Assembly: GCA_030248215.1 (NCBI GenBank)
Contig: JASANG010002365.1
Coordinates: 434,001 to 498,000, forward strand
DNA length: 64,000 bases
From: Enoplolaimus lenunculus
Lineage: Eukaryota
Direction: 5' to 3'
Part shown: positions 12,770 through 26,526 of the stretch, one piece after another
How positions within the stretch are numbered: the first letter of the stretch is position 1
Layout: every line of letters begins with the position of its first letter
Made by a program: the position numbers and the translations under genes
Notes under the pieces: model-generated
Databases searched by the model: none
The model's input: only the letters and a program-made list of their open reading frames with translations
Told to the model about the DNA's origin: nothing

Positions 12770-12928
12770 GGCCCATGTGACTTTAACGGACGTCAAGGAT
12801 TCTGGTAGGTCTATAAAAGAATAGGTTTAGATTCTAGATTACATTTTTGTACTTAGGCTTAGAATGCTTTGGCTTCGGCTTATGAATACGCTTAGTCTAC
12901 AGTTACGCCCCTCAAAGTAACATTGGCC
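12770..12928. mobile_element. GGCC-ended TTAGGC-bearing MITE, ~90 bp upstream of the insulin-like ATG
   Basis: TIR GGCCCATGTGACTTT / AAAGTAACATTGGCC; flanks ACTATTTC and ACAATTTC. Confidence 0.8.
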
Positions 12929-15900
12929 ACAATTTCTATAATACTCGAAAATAGCCGCTGTGGTAACACTAAATTTAGGCAAATGAATTAAAATTAGAAG
13001 ACCAGTTTCAACAAGGAGTAACCGTATATTCGTTTACTTTATGGTACAAGTAGTGGTTCGTTTCTGGTTCCGTTATAGAAATACTAGAAATTCTGTTACT
13101 ATGCGATTATAATTAATTATTACAGATATGCAGCAATCGTTCGTTTGAAGTAAAAATGACGTAATTCATACAAAATCTTACAACAATTTGAGTTTATGCG
13201 CCTATTTTTTAATCATTTTAGAATGCCTGGTAAATTTTTGCATGCTTCAAATGTGCTAAAAGTAAAATGTTTTTAAAATTTTTAAATTTCAAATCCATGT
13301 TTTTTGCTTTGCGCTATTTTGATCACTATCCGTTTTCGTTATTTTTAGTATCTCTACATGTGAATGGGCGTCAGATATTTTTTCATGTCCGGATATCCGA
13401 CAATTCTTACCGAATACTTATCCGGATATCCGATATTAAATCTTTTATTTTAAATATCCGAAACTCGACTTTACGTTTTTTTTCGCGTTTCCGAACCTCA
13501 ATTTTTTGTTTCTTAACAAGTTGTTTTAACTTGTTGTTTTAAGGAAATACAGTGACCCAAAATCTGAGATTGTTATGAGCGTAAAACATACAATTAAAAA
13601 ATTGGTTTGATTTGGTTAGTCTCCGTCCATTTTATTACAAAAAATTCTGATGGGTAAAAAAGCAAGGTAGGGAGGGGCCTTACCATTATATTGCCAAAAA
13701 GTTTTCTGAGGGGAACATTGTATCGTGAAGGTTTACTACGCCGGGGGGCTTACACTTATTAATATGTTTTGGTTGTTGCATTGCTAAAAGTAATATTGGT
13801 CCAAATTTTAAGGACCTGCTATAGTCTTAATATATCGGAACATAATGCCGAATGAATTCCTTATTAAACCTACAATCCTTATTAAACCTACAATGATGAT
13901 TTCAATTATATTATTTTTTAGGTTTGAATACATACTTTCTTTTTTAAAAACTCTTTTTCCATCAAACGAATGAAGCTGTTTAGGACCAAGCTTATGACAG
14001 TATCCAGTTAGATGTAAAAAACGTGTTTTCAATATCATGCTGAATTATAAAAACTTTTCTTTCAGTAGCAATGATTGAAAAAGAAAAAAGTCAAACAGCT
14101 CTAACTTTTACCAATAACATACACCGAAGAACCAAATCTACTGACAAAAACTTATCAAGAAATTAGTTCAATATTTTAACTGAGGTTTGAATACAGAATT
14201 TCTTTTCATCAGCACCAGTCGCTTTAGCGATGAAACGATGTAAATTATTCTAAAACATTTTAAACAATAGCATTTCGAATATCCGGATATCCGGATACGT
14301 ATTTCATTTCGGATACATATCCGGATATTTTTCAAGGCCATATTTTTCAAATCCTGATATTCGTATATATATTTTTCAAATCCGTATATCCGTATATCCG
14401 AATTCTCGGTGGCCATCTATGCTGTTTACTTCTTTGTTTTAACACTTTTTACAGGAACTTAAAGCAAACAAATCAGAAAATAGACAGAGTATAACTCGAA
14501 ATTTTATGCAATTTTACTAATGAAAGATTATTTATAATGTTTTCATTCAAGTAATCGGGCAACGTTTAGTTAAACCTACCTAAATTTAGATTTAATATGG
14601 CTAAAATTATAAAAAATGGGTCAAAACCAAAAAACTGAAAAAAAACCCTATTCACAAGTTCAAGTTTTTGCTGCGAGAACTTGCAGTAGCAAATGGCATG
14701 CAGAACTTGCATTTTTTTCATCAACCAATGAGAAAGCGGCTGCAATAAATTCAGTGAAATTGTATGGTTGTTCACACATGTGAACTAATATCTTAGCTAT
14801 GATTTTTAATGAATTATTTGCAGCTCCAAGTTTTTCGAACGAGGTTTTGGACAAAATTTGCAAGTACAAGTTTCAGCTGCAAGATCTCGCAGCAAAAACT
14901 TGTACGTGTGAATAGGGCTTTACGCTAACTTTTATGCGTAGTATTAAGAATTACTAAAAATTTCTTAAGCTAAATTGTAAAGGCAAACCATATATGTTTA
15001 TTTTCCATGTATTACGAGTTCAAATTAAAATTTTCGAATCGAGATAACTAAAAGTTTCAAAAATGATTATAAAATCAAAGAACATTACCAAATGTGTTGC
15101 TCAAATTAAACATAATTTTGTTTAAAAAACATATTTTCAAAACAATGCTTCAGCCACGTTTACGTCATAGCAGATATGAAGATTGGTCGATGCCATGAAC
15201 CACGCAACTGCGAATTAGCGATTTCCACAACAAACTAAATTGTTTAAAAAACAGAAATAATTGATGAAATTCTGACGAAAAAAAAATTACACAAAATAGT
15301 TCCTAAATACTTTTACGTGGGTTCAGCAATTTAGAAAGTGATTATTAAATTAATTTTTTTACTTTTGTTTGCTACCTGAAAACATTGACAGAAGTATAAA
15401 AGTTTCATTCGAATTACGTAAGGTCATTAGTGTTGTTTTGAGAAAATTAGATATAAACAGCCGTTATTTGTTTATTAATTTTCGGCTATTGCGTGGTTGG
15501 TGACCGAGTGCAACCGGAATTCTGGCTCCGGCTGGGAAATCCAGTATTTTGTACCAGCCGGTTCCGGTAATATATATCCGGTATTTTTCACCGGAATTTT
15601 CCGGCAGTTTCGGAGTTGAAAATTTTTCTCAGTCGAAAAGTTAAGACAACTTGGCATATTATTCTAACTACGTATTTTTCTAAAATTGTCGCGTGTATTG
15701 TCCAAATTTTCGATTCGTGTCATACTGCATAATTTATTGCGTATACCGGTCCAGCTACTGCATTTGTTTCAGGATGTTGGCGTTCTAACTGGTGTGGTTA
15801 CTCCATTGAAAGGGATAAACCAGCGTTAGAAGTGAATACTTCGGTAACAAGTATTTATTATTTTCCGGTTTCGGCTCCGGTATTTTTATGTTTTAACTTT

Positions 15901-16247
15901 CCGGTTCTGGTTTCGGTTCTGGTATTTAGTAATTTCGGCTGCCCCATGGTTGGAGGTAAGCCAAGCCGGAGCAGCTACCGTCTACACAACTGTTTAGGGT
16001 CCATCCAAGATTAGGCTCCCAAATATTGCCTGGTCATACCGAAAAAGTTGTAGCTTCGAAATGCATACTGACCTCAGAGTCCAAGTCAACGAATAACCAT
16101 CCTTCGTTTGTTCGCCAACAATTTTTCTGTAAAATTCTACTCTCCCGAAACGAACAATGGCTACATCCCTGATTGGAACTCAACTCAACAGCGGTAGCAA
16201 ATAAGGTGCGAGTTAAGTGGCGCAACTCTACGCTCACTCGTTGATAT

Positions 16248-16453
16248 GAGCCCATGTTACTTTAAGGGGCGTCCAGGTTTCCGGTGGGTCCATAAAATAG
16301 TAGTTTAGATTCTAGATTACATTTTTACTTAGCCTTAGGCTTAGCCTTAGGCTTAGGCTTAGGAACATATTTTTGCAACGCTTAGGTTTAGGCTTAGGCT
16401 TAGGCTTAGGAATACGCTTAATCTACTGTTACGCCACTTAAATAACATTGGCC
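16248..16453. mobile_element. GGCC-ended TTAGGC-bearing MITE
   Basis: Same family as 12770-12928, ~21838-22013, 32540-32765, ~45668-45851 and 55135-55302. Confidence 0.78.
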
Positions 16454-17529
16454 AAAATGTGTGATGATTGTATCATTGATAATATAAGATTGTCACCGTT
16501 TTTACTTGCTTTAACAAAAGATACCAATAAATTATGCGTTTATCACGAAATTCAGTTTCTTTTAAGGTTCGGTCACCTTAGATTTAGCAAAACTTTTATT
16601 TTGGGTACGTAAAATAAGCACCAATTTAACCGTAAACCTTTGGAGCCCCTGTCAATGATGGAAATATTAAAATAGTTATCCTAATCATGAACAGCTTTGA
16701 ATTTATTTTTGTGAAATCAAAAGTAAATAATTTTAAATTTATCCAAAAATGACAAATTTTCACAAAAAATTGGCTTTTATTTCTCAGTTTCTGTGGTCAA
16801 AATGTCAGGCGCACAAACATTCACAAGAAATGTTAGTAAAAGCAGTATTTACAAAACATTAATTGTAGTTTCCGCTCAAGACCATCGAGAAACTTAAATT
16901 GTAATCTCAAAATTTAAAATTATCGATATTGTTTAAACTACTCCTAGTGTGGGTTTGACATTTCACAAAATGATAAACAGAAGCCATACCTGAACTCATA
17001 AATTCTCACAAAACAAAATGTTTACGCTTAGAAGCCGCCCGCACCACGCGTTTTACGCTAGAAAATAAATAAGCTTAAGTTTTGTTCTATTATCAAAATA
17101 TATATTTTGCAACTTTCTACGCATCTTTACTACAATTTAAAGACTTTTTTGACGTCAACTCGATCCGAAATCTCATTTCCTAGGGTTTCAGCGTTTTATG
17201 CAAGCAAACATTAACAGACCTGGTACGTAAGATTCATAAAAATTGACGTTGAAATTATTTGCTCTGGTTACATTTACATTTGCAAAAATTAATTACTTAT
17301 TTTCACAAAAAATTTATTGATTGAAAATAACTATTTTTGGTCAATTTAAGTAATTTATTTTGTAATTTCAAGGTTGCCCCTGAAAATAACTTTTTGGACG
17401 TTTAGCGGTGGTTTGTTTTTACGCAAGCGCACATAAATAGAAATGTACATTTTTGCAATTAAAGTTCTTAGCCGTACTGGATTCGCAGCCGAAATTGCAA
17501 GGAATGCTTTCATCGTTTAACTAAGAACA

Positions 17530-17732
17530 TACATTGCAAAAAATGGTGAGTCAAATTGACTCTCTCCAAAATAAGCTTTTCCTGACTACACAAACTAAGT
17601 CAAAATTCAACTCCGTCAGAGTCGAATGGAGTCGAATTTGACCAGGCTGAGTCGAATGTTGAATCAGTTTGTGTCGATAGGAAAATCCTATTTTGGAGAG
17701 AGTCAATTTGATTCACCATTTTTTGCAGTGTA
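17530..17732. mobile_element. Palindromic MITE (TACAYTGCAAAAAATGGTGAGTCAAATTGACTC); relative at ~32980-33195
   Basis: ~45-bp TIRs; two copies in the window. Confidence 0.78.
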
Positions 17733-18468
17733 TATTCGCAATTTTACTAACTAAAGATTAAAGTTGAAATATCGCAAAAAAGAATAGTTTTGCTTGTAAC
17801 GTTTTAAATTCTTCTTATAAGAGTTAAATTGTGTTCGTAATTTAACCCCACTTGTTTTTGTAACTTTTTGCTTTTCCTTAAACACCATGAGCACCAGGTA
17901 CCTTTTTAAGTATATAATAAGTGAACAAATATTGCTGCTTTATTTTTAAACTCGGTCCATTTTGGCCAAGATTTCATCCTCCTAGAGAGGCGTAAGTGGG
18001 TAAAGATTTTTTACTGCCCTGCGTTTTTACCCTCATAATTTTTTTTACCCACGGGTATAGCAGCGCACACCTTTCTACCCGTTCTTAGGTTTAGGTTTAG
18101 GAACACTTTTTTGCAACGCTAAAGCTTAAACTTAGGCTTAGGAATACACTTAATCTACTGTTACGCCTCGTAAAGTAGCATTGGCCACATCATGTGTGAT
18201 CAAAGAAAAAAGAACTATAAACTGTCATTTTAAATTTGAAATTTGGAAAATTTTAGTATGAGAAACGCCTTTTTCGTCGCCATCAAAAACTCGTGATCCG
18301 AGAAATTTCAAGAATTTTAAATAAATGATAATTTTGAAATTAGAATTTGGTCAAAATAAACACAACGATTAAAAATGGTTTGTCTTAAAATATTAATTCA
18401 TGTGACTATCGAACGCTAAACTCTTCGTTTAATTATCATGTTTATCATGAGTCGCCGTTAATATATTG

Positions 18469-18745
18469 GGCCAATGCAAAGAATAGGGGCGGTACAGTAT
18501 TATAAGCATATTCCTAAGCCTAAGCCTAAGCCTAAGCGTAAGAATGAGCATATTCCTAAGCCTAAGCCTATGCCTAAAAGCGTAAAAATGAGCATATTCA
18601 AGCCTAAGCCTAAGCCTAAAAGCGTAAAAATGAGCATATTAAAGCCTAAGATTAAACCAAGCAAAAAACAGTCTAAAGCTTAAGCTTACCCTTTTTTAGA
18701 CCCACAGAAAAATGTTCCGCCCCTGATCTTTACATTAAATGGGCC
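18469..18745. mobile_element. GGCC-ended GCCTAA-bearing MITE
   Basis: Reverse-orientation relative of 9749-10039. Confidence 0.75.
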
Positions 18746-19530
18746 ATGTTTTGTTTCAATTGACACGTTGTGGAGGAAAAATTAAGCAGTCAAAATTCAC
18801 ATAACCACCGCTTTATTAATAAAAAAACTTCAAAATTTTGGTTATCATAACAAATTTATTTGAAAAATATTTTTAACCATTTTCAAATCAGTCGAGTAAA
18901 AATTCATGTGACTAATAAACGTGTCAGTCTGTGCTAAATGCAACCTCAGACCGTCTATTACTATTAGCATCAATTTTACACGTGCGCAGAAATGGCACGT
19001 TTCAGTGTCGGACTCCCAAATTTTGGACACGGGACCAAGCGATATATTATGGAAAAAGCTCGCAGACGAAGTAAGCTAGCATTTCAAATGCAATTTTAGT
19101 ACTAAATCTTACTACAAAATTTTATTTATCGCATCTTTATTACCTCAGCAACCCATATTGGACACACATATCATATCCATCTTATTAGAATCAATACATG
19201 ATTCCAATTTTTAAATTCTGTGGATTTCTGATGATTATAAAAATTTTTCAAAATATATTTTTAACATCACACAATACTACTCAATACAAACACGCTTCAA
19301 AGAATATTTTTTTAAACTATATTTTGCTTTGTTGTTTCAAATTTCTCGTGGGTTTCAGCTGAAATACCGTCAAAAACGTAAGAAAATGTAAACATAAACT
19401 AATTTGAATATTTAAAAATGTATCAAAATACAATTTTTCCCCCGATGTTTTAAAAATTTACAAATTTGAAAACATTTGTTTTATGGTTGTCTTTTGAAAT
19501 AATTACTATTTACAACATTCGTTGAATAAA

Positions 19531-19588
19531 AACAAACAAACAAACAAACAAACAAACAAACAAACAAACAAACAAACAAACAAAGAAA
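19531..19588. repeat. (AAAC)n microsatellite
   Basis: Directly visible. Confidence 0.95.
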
Positions 19589-22500
19589 CCGCTTTTAAGC
19601 AGGTTTATTGCGCAGAAAAATATTGCAATTTTGAGTAAAATATCACACGTTTGCTTTTCTCATTTTATAAATAACTTGAGTCAAACCCAGCCAGTTAAAG
19701 TTCGATGAAAAGTTTAAAACAAAAATAAGCTTAAAGATAATTGTGCTTATTTGATAACAGTCAATGCGACATAAATTTGTTAAAATTTGTGACAAAAGTA
19801 AATCGAATTGCGTTTAAGTTTTCAATATAACGACTTAAATCTGTCTCAAACAGCTGTTATAGTTTGAAAATAATACAACCATAACTGTTTGTTTTCTGCA
19901 TTGAACAGTGCTTGAAGATTTTGATATTTGACAAATATTACTGTAATATTGTGCAAGTTTTTCTCGTCATGAAAACCATGAAAACTAAATGTTACAGCGA
20001 ACTTTTATGCGGTGTTCATGTTACCAATTGTAATTCAGGTTTGCTTCGATTTGCGAGAAGAAAACCGGAAATATCTTCTGAAAATGCAGTACTTTGAGTG
20101 ACATTCCACTGAATTTGTGCAAATTAGACGCAATATCGTAAGTTGAAAATATATTATATGATATTCACAGACAATACCTCTAATATTATATGATATTGAA
20201 AAACAAAAGGTGACCTACATATGATAATAACAGACAAATACGAATTATAGTATTTGATATGGGTTTATAAATAGACAAATTGTTAGCCAATAGTCTAACA
20301 GGGGCAAAACATGTCCCAAGTTGCCCCAGTTATAACTGGAACCCCACATTAAAACTGTGGCAGCAGGGAACACGTTTTGTCCATGTTGATTTGAGATCAA
20401 CTTAATATGTTGTGATCTAAAGCGGATATGACGACAAAATGTGAATGTCACAGCCCATTGGCTGCAAAGCCTAGCTATGAAGTGAAAATTGCATACAAAT
20501 AGACATACAGCACATGATACCACGGGATGTTTATGCGAATATCATATGATACTCCAAAATTTTACTAAATATCGCATGATATTGTGCACAACAATGTTAT
20601 TTGTGTACACTAATGAAACAGTAAAAATTAGATATTAGGAAGCTTATAGTGATTTTAAATGCTCACTTACTTTCTGCCAGGGTACAACCGGAGGTCTTCC
20701 TCCGGCCGAAATTCGGCCTCCGGCTGCGGCTCCGTCTCCGGTAGAATTTTTGCCGGAGGTTCCGGCAATTTCGGTAGTAAAATTTTGCATAAGTTTGCAA
20801 AATTTATCTGTTTAGCGCGTTATTTTTTTACTTTCGTCACAGTTTTCAGGAAAGCATTTTCGATATTTCGCACAAAATTAGCATGAAACCAATCGACTTA
20901 ACAACATATTGCGATAAATTAACTAATTAACTGTCGTTTTGCTACCTAATTTCGCCTAACATCCGGCTCCGGCTACGTCCAGTTTCAAGACCTCCGACTT
21001 CGGCTCCTGTATTTTCACTTCCAGTTGCACACTGTCTTCAACGTTTCTGTTTCGGGCGGAAGTTTCCCCTAAAATATATTACTAAGTACAACAAATTCAA
21101 ACTTCGCATTTTAGTATCGTACAAGGTTTACGATAAGTTTGCAAATATTGTCAAACATGTCACGTGATACTGACAGACAATTTTTCTCGAATATCATAAT
21201 TCTTGCACAAACAGTGAATGTCACATCAGGATAGCAGACAATTCAAACTAAACTTTGACATGCTTGTCCAATGCGGGAGCAACAGAGATGAAAATACTTT
21301 TTGATCCAAAAATTTCAAAACAGTGAAAATTTTTTCCCACGTTTGCCCCACTTTTTCCCAGTGCCGATCGGCCTGTCTCATAGGACCCCAATGACAACTT
21401 TTACATCTCAGGGGGAACCATGCTTAATAATTCCAAGAAGGGTTGCGTTGCAGTTGTCGTGCGGCGCTACGTTTCAGCTAAAATCTGTTTCAATTTGAAA
21501 TTTTGGTGTTTTTTCTGCGTTACATTTACTTACTTTTGTGCAAACAAAATTGATAAAATCAGCTAAAACTTAAAATTTCAAACAAACATGCTTTAGAGTG
21601 ACGCAACGTCAGTTTGTTTTACAGAAAAATTTGTCAAAAATCAACAATTTCAAAGTATAATTTGTTTCAGGTGTTAGCGGTGTGATATGTAGGCAGTAAA
21701 TAGGCTTACAAGTGAAATGTTTGCCGCAGTTGATTCGCTGTTTACGATTTCTGTTATAATTGAGTTCATGAAGCAATTTTAAAATAATTAACAATTTTGA
21801 TTAAGAAAAATAACGGATTTTTACTTTTACTTTTACTGTCCATGTAGTTTTAGGGACGTCCAGGTTTCTGGCGGGTCTATTAAAGAGTAGGTTTAGATTC
21901 TAGATTACATTTTTTGGTTAGGCTTAAGCTTAGGCTTAGGAATGCATTTTTGCAACGCTTAGGCTTAGGCTTAGAGATACGCTTAAGCTACTGTTACGCC
22001 CCTTAAAGTAACATAATTTGTTATTTCGAAACTTTAATCAGTTTAAAATTTTCCAGGAAACAAGCAATCAGGCTTAGCAAAAGTGTATTTATTTTAATGT
22101 TTTTAAATTTCTTTTGCTATTTTGACAAATATAAAAATTTATACATCGCAAAACGCAATGCATTATTTCAACAATTTTAGATAAAACAGTGACTTTAATG
22201 TTCGCCTAAAAAACTTAAAGGTCAGTGGTCATCGTAAACGCCTCCCACAAGTGAGACTGGGGATCGAATGTTACCTTGAAATTACGTCTCATTTGAAATT
22301 AAAAATATTCATGTGAGAAAGGGTTAAAATCATAACTTTAAATTACATAAAAATACAAAATATTCATGCAACGAATGGTTTGAGATAACATTCCTGTGAC
22401 GTTTGATTGATCTCGCAGCAGTCGACAATCTTGTTGCAATTACACAACCGAATCAGTCGTTTAATATCAACAGGTTCAAGGACGATTAAAAACAAAACTA

Positions 22501-22699
22501 AAGTAACTTTCTTTAAATTGATTCAAATCGTAATCATTACGTTCTTTCAACGAATGCTTTTTATTAGTAATTTTTAACAAAAATCCAATCTCTTGTCTTT
22601 TTCATAAAGTTAGGTTTTTTAAAACTCATTTTATTGAAATTTATTTCAATTATCTTTTAAATTCGAGCTTAGAATTTTCATAAATTAAAATTTTGTCAA

Positions 22700-25600
22700 T
22701 GGGGAATACACTATTTTCGACACTATCTCTTGGACAGAAAGTTTGTTATTCAGACCGATCACAACCCATTAAAATGGTTGATGTCGATGAAAGACACTTC
22801 TCTTCGTCTTACCCGCTGGGCGTTCATGTTACAAGAATACGATTTCATAATTGAATATCGAAAAGCATCGAAGAATCAAAATGCAGACGGCTTAAGTAGA
22901 AATCCATGCTGTTCTGTAATCACATACAATAAGCCAACCCGTAATGTAGAATTAACGAATACTGAACAACTTCAGGATCAGTGTTGTGTTAAGGTTAGGA
23001 ACCACTTAGCAGGTAATAAGCTATTGATCTTTCATGAAAAAATACCTTTAAAGCATTTCTTCATTTTAATGGTTCGCTGTTCTGCAAAGGGAGACAAGAT
23101 AATTTGCGATACGTTGTTCCCGTTGCACAAAGAAAAACAGTTTTTTTTAAAAATCATAATTCTCCGGTTGCAGGACATCTAGGCTATGAAAAATGTTACT
23201 AAAAATAGCTCCACGTTATTACTGGCCGAAGATGTCCGTTGATATCAGGAATCACTGTTTTTCCTGTAGGTTATGTCAAACACGTAAATATCAACCTAAA
23301 TATGGCAAAGCCCCGATGATACCAATACCCATTTTTGCAAGACCATTTGCACTTGTGGGATGTGATGTAATAGGTCCTTTCCCCCAAACTGTTCGAAGGA
23401 ATAAATTTATATTAGTATTTACCGATTATTTCACTAAATGGTGTGAAGCATAAGTTGCAAAAAGTTGCAAACAATCCATTACCACCCGCAGACTGACGGA
23501 TTAACAGAAAGGTTCAATCAAACGCTAGTGCAAATGTTATCCGCATACACAGATCAGACGGGCCGAAATTGGGATTGGTTTCTTGATCACGCTCTATTTG
23601 CGTACAGAACCTCGGTACAAAAATCGACAGGATTTTCACCGTTTGAAATGTTATATGGCAGAAAACCAAGATTGCCATCCGATATTTGTGTGGACGAGTA
23701 CACACACCAATTTGAAAACTTGACAGAATATACAAACAATTTAGTTGAATCTATACAAAAAATTTATAAAAAAGCCAGTCAGCATATACAACAAGCACAA
23801 CAAGTACAGAAGCAATATTATGATGCACACGCAAAACCGCGCTATTTTAATATTGGAGACCATGTTTTTTTAAAAATAGCACCTCCAAAAGTTTCCAAAT
23901 TCGGTCCTCGCTGGTACGGACCGTTTGTGATCCACTATAAGGTAGGTTACCCTGGATCGAAAGTCCTTGCCACCCATCCTTGGCGAGTACCCCTTATGGA
24001 TTGATCGAAGCCGGCTACTGTGTCTAGTTATGCTACTCCGCCCGATCATGTCCGGGATGGGTTTCCCATCTCGCGCTCGCAGTGTATGCACCATCTGAAC
24101 GCGAATACTTATCGTCACCGGACTATTAAATAAAGTATAGCGCATAATTCCGTTTGGTAAAAGTTACTCGCCGGCTGCAAGCCGGCGAACGCTTCCAGAA
24201 TACCATTCGTCCTGAAAAAGATTTGGGGCTAGGAGACTCCTATCCTCGCGCATTCCTGCCTCCAGGTAAGATTTCTGACCACCGCGGCAAAACTATATTG
24301 ACCATCCAGTGGGCAGGCAAAATTCGGAGTGCGGGGAAAAACAAATTCTTGGTAAAAAGGAGTTGGTCAAAAAGGAAAAAGAAAAATGGGAACCCGCACC
24401 GCCCATTTCTAAGGCTGTAGAAATTTTTACTATATGCAATAGTCATTCCATACTCAGGGCCCAAAAATCACCCGGGAAAAGAAAAATGAAAAAGGAAAAA
24501 GGAAAATATCCATCCCTAGTCCGGACACGATAACAAATTCCGACCCAGACTTGCTCGGTGCGACCCGCGCAGGTCTGAGTCCGAAATAACAACAACCATC
24601 CCGTCCCGCGGGAATCCAACAGAAATAATAGCGCGCTAATTCGGTAAAATAGGAATCTCAGAGTCAGTACTGAAACAGAATTTTCGAACATTCTCAAAAT
24701 CGTCAGGCTACTATCCCTTACAGAATTGGACACCTGCACTTTATTATGAAGTTATAACTCGGTAACACATTATGCATTATTCAATATATCCGTGTCATGT
24801 ATAAACGTTTAGCCATACCTAATGTTCCTAGATTCCACCTACAAACTCGACTAGAACATGGCTCTTTACCTGTTCCGCCTCTCGCCGTAGCGTGGTCTCC
24901 CATGCTGCGAGGTCTTCCCGAGCCGGTGGACTTGCCGCCCACTGGCCCCCTTCCGGTGTTGCCGGACGAAACTCTTCAGCGAGTGGATTCAACCGGGCCG
25001 ACGTTTTAGGTGACACTGGAATCGTTTCCGACGTTGAAGACGCCGACTTCGTCGGTGGAGGAGTTCGCGGCGGGCTATCCCGAGCATTTTGGTCCATGTT
25101 TGAGCCAAGTTCGTTGGTTTCGTTGTTTGAAATAAAAATTTGAACGGTTTCGACGTTGCTAATAGGTAAATTGCATCAGCCGAATTAATACACTTTATTT
25201 CGTAATGAACCTGAATGCAATTGGGTTAAAACCACGGTTGAGTCGAGCTAGACTCAACCGGAGTCTAACCCAACTCGAAAATCGCTTTCACAATTAATTT
25301 TTCTCCTAGATACACACGTCGAGAAATTTCAATTGGAAAACCGCGTACAGCCACCCGTACCGGAACAGCCCGTACGGCGCTTGTACCGGCCACCCCGGTA
25401 CGAGCGCTAGTTTTCACCAAAAAGGAAAACACAAATTACGAGTTTACAAGAAACAAATCAACCGTCAAACCCAGCAGTCACTTAGCAATACGTTATTTTT
25501 ATGGAAACTGAGTATTCTTTCAGTGGAATTTTCAAAATAAACCCATAATCGCCATCCTGATAATACATTACAAAGAACGTTAACACACCATTTTTAAAAA

Positions 25601-26478
25601 GCCAAGAAACTAACAACAAGCTAAGAAAACTCACACAACTACTAGCTAACTAACTTTATTCAATACAAAAATGTTAGATAGTTTTCCTCCACATTCAACT
25701 AAACTCAGACGAAAATAGCGTCATTCCGTTGGAAACTAACTAAAATAAAACCGCAACTACTCAAATTTATCCTCCCTTCGGCTCTTCAAAGAACTAGAAA
25801 CTCGCCAAAACACCTTAGACCGCCAAATTTGAACTCAACATTTCAAATATTTGCAAAACAAATTCCAAATAAGTTCAAACAACAAAGCGCAACCGCCAAT
25901 CAGTTCACAAAACAGTATTAACGTGAACTCAATAATTTATAACATTCCACAGGTAAGTTTCAAAAATATAAATAACATACACCACATACTTTGCCCTGAA
26001 AATTCAAAATTTCAAAAATTCCAGTTTCGATACCACTAATAACATCCTAATCAAGCCGGCAAAAGACAGAAAAGACCACCCCGGGCTAAAAAACACTCAA
26101 ATCCAGCTCAATTGAACCTTTTCTACTCCTTTCACTCATCTGCGCTCTCCCTTCATACCCCTAGATCTCAAATTTGAAACCACCAAACCCCACGCCTACG
26201 GAGTACTACACCCAGGGGTCACACACTTGGATCCCCCAGGTGAATACCCCGCTACGGCTCCAAAAACATTTCAACCAGTGGTTTTCCAACCCGACACGCT
26301 CAAATTTCGCGCCTCTCGGGTTTCCCCAGAAAATTACAACTCAGCGGAGTCACGGATCCAGTGGTATCCCTACATCCACAACCAAAACTCGGATGTTAAT
26401 TATACAATTAGCAAACTCGAACGACAAAGTCCCAAATTTGTAGTTCATGTTAACAATTTGAAAAGATATTTTGAGTAA
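22700..26478 (+). pseudogene. pol: Degenerate Ty3/gypsy pol 3' part (RNase H C-terminus plus integrase), interrupted at 23936-26374
   Basis: TDHNPLKWL...RLTRWAFMLQEYDF...NADGLSR (RNase H); HNSPVAGHLG...CRLCQ (HHCC zinc finger); VGCDVIGP...DYFTKW; YHPQTDGLTERFNQTL; SPFEMLYGR; WYGPFVIH joins NQNSDVNYTI...VVHVNNLKRYFE* once the insertion is removed. Has frameshifts, a stop, and a deletion of the integrase core near 23455. Confidence 0.92.
23936..26374 (-). mobile_element. 2.4-kb solo-LTR-like insertion (TGTAGGG...CCTTATA), copy 1, inserted in the gypsy integrase
   Basis: TCCAC is duplicated at 23931-23935 and 26375-26379; removing the insert restores the integrase frame; an inverted homolog lies at 34678-36808. 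Confidence 0.88.
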
Positions 26479-26526
26479 AAATAGGTTTTCTAATACCGGA
26501 TCTAACTTTATAGGAAATTATTTTAG

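Noticed and set aside
12680..12796. N-terminal 39 aa of track ORF 12380-12796 as part of the insulin precursor
   Set aside because: It begins at a non-ATG codon inside a MITE; the ATG at 12679 is followed by a suitable signal peptide.
18474..18683. PKPKPK and LSLSLS ORFs, and TTAGGC tracts as a true telomere
   Set aside because: The tracts are short, degenerate and internal to MITEs; the ORFs are hexamer translations.
24154..25143. Other ORFs inside the solo-LTR-like element, and their counterparts at 35537-36856, as gag/pol
   Set aside because: No recognisable gag, protease, RT or integrase motifs, and the frames are not preserved between the two copies.
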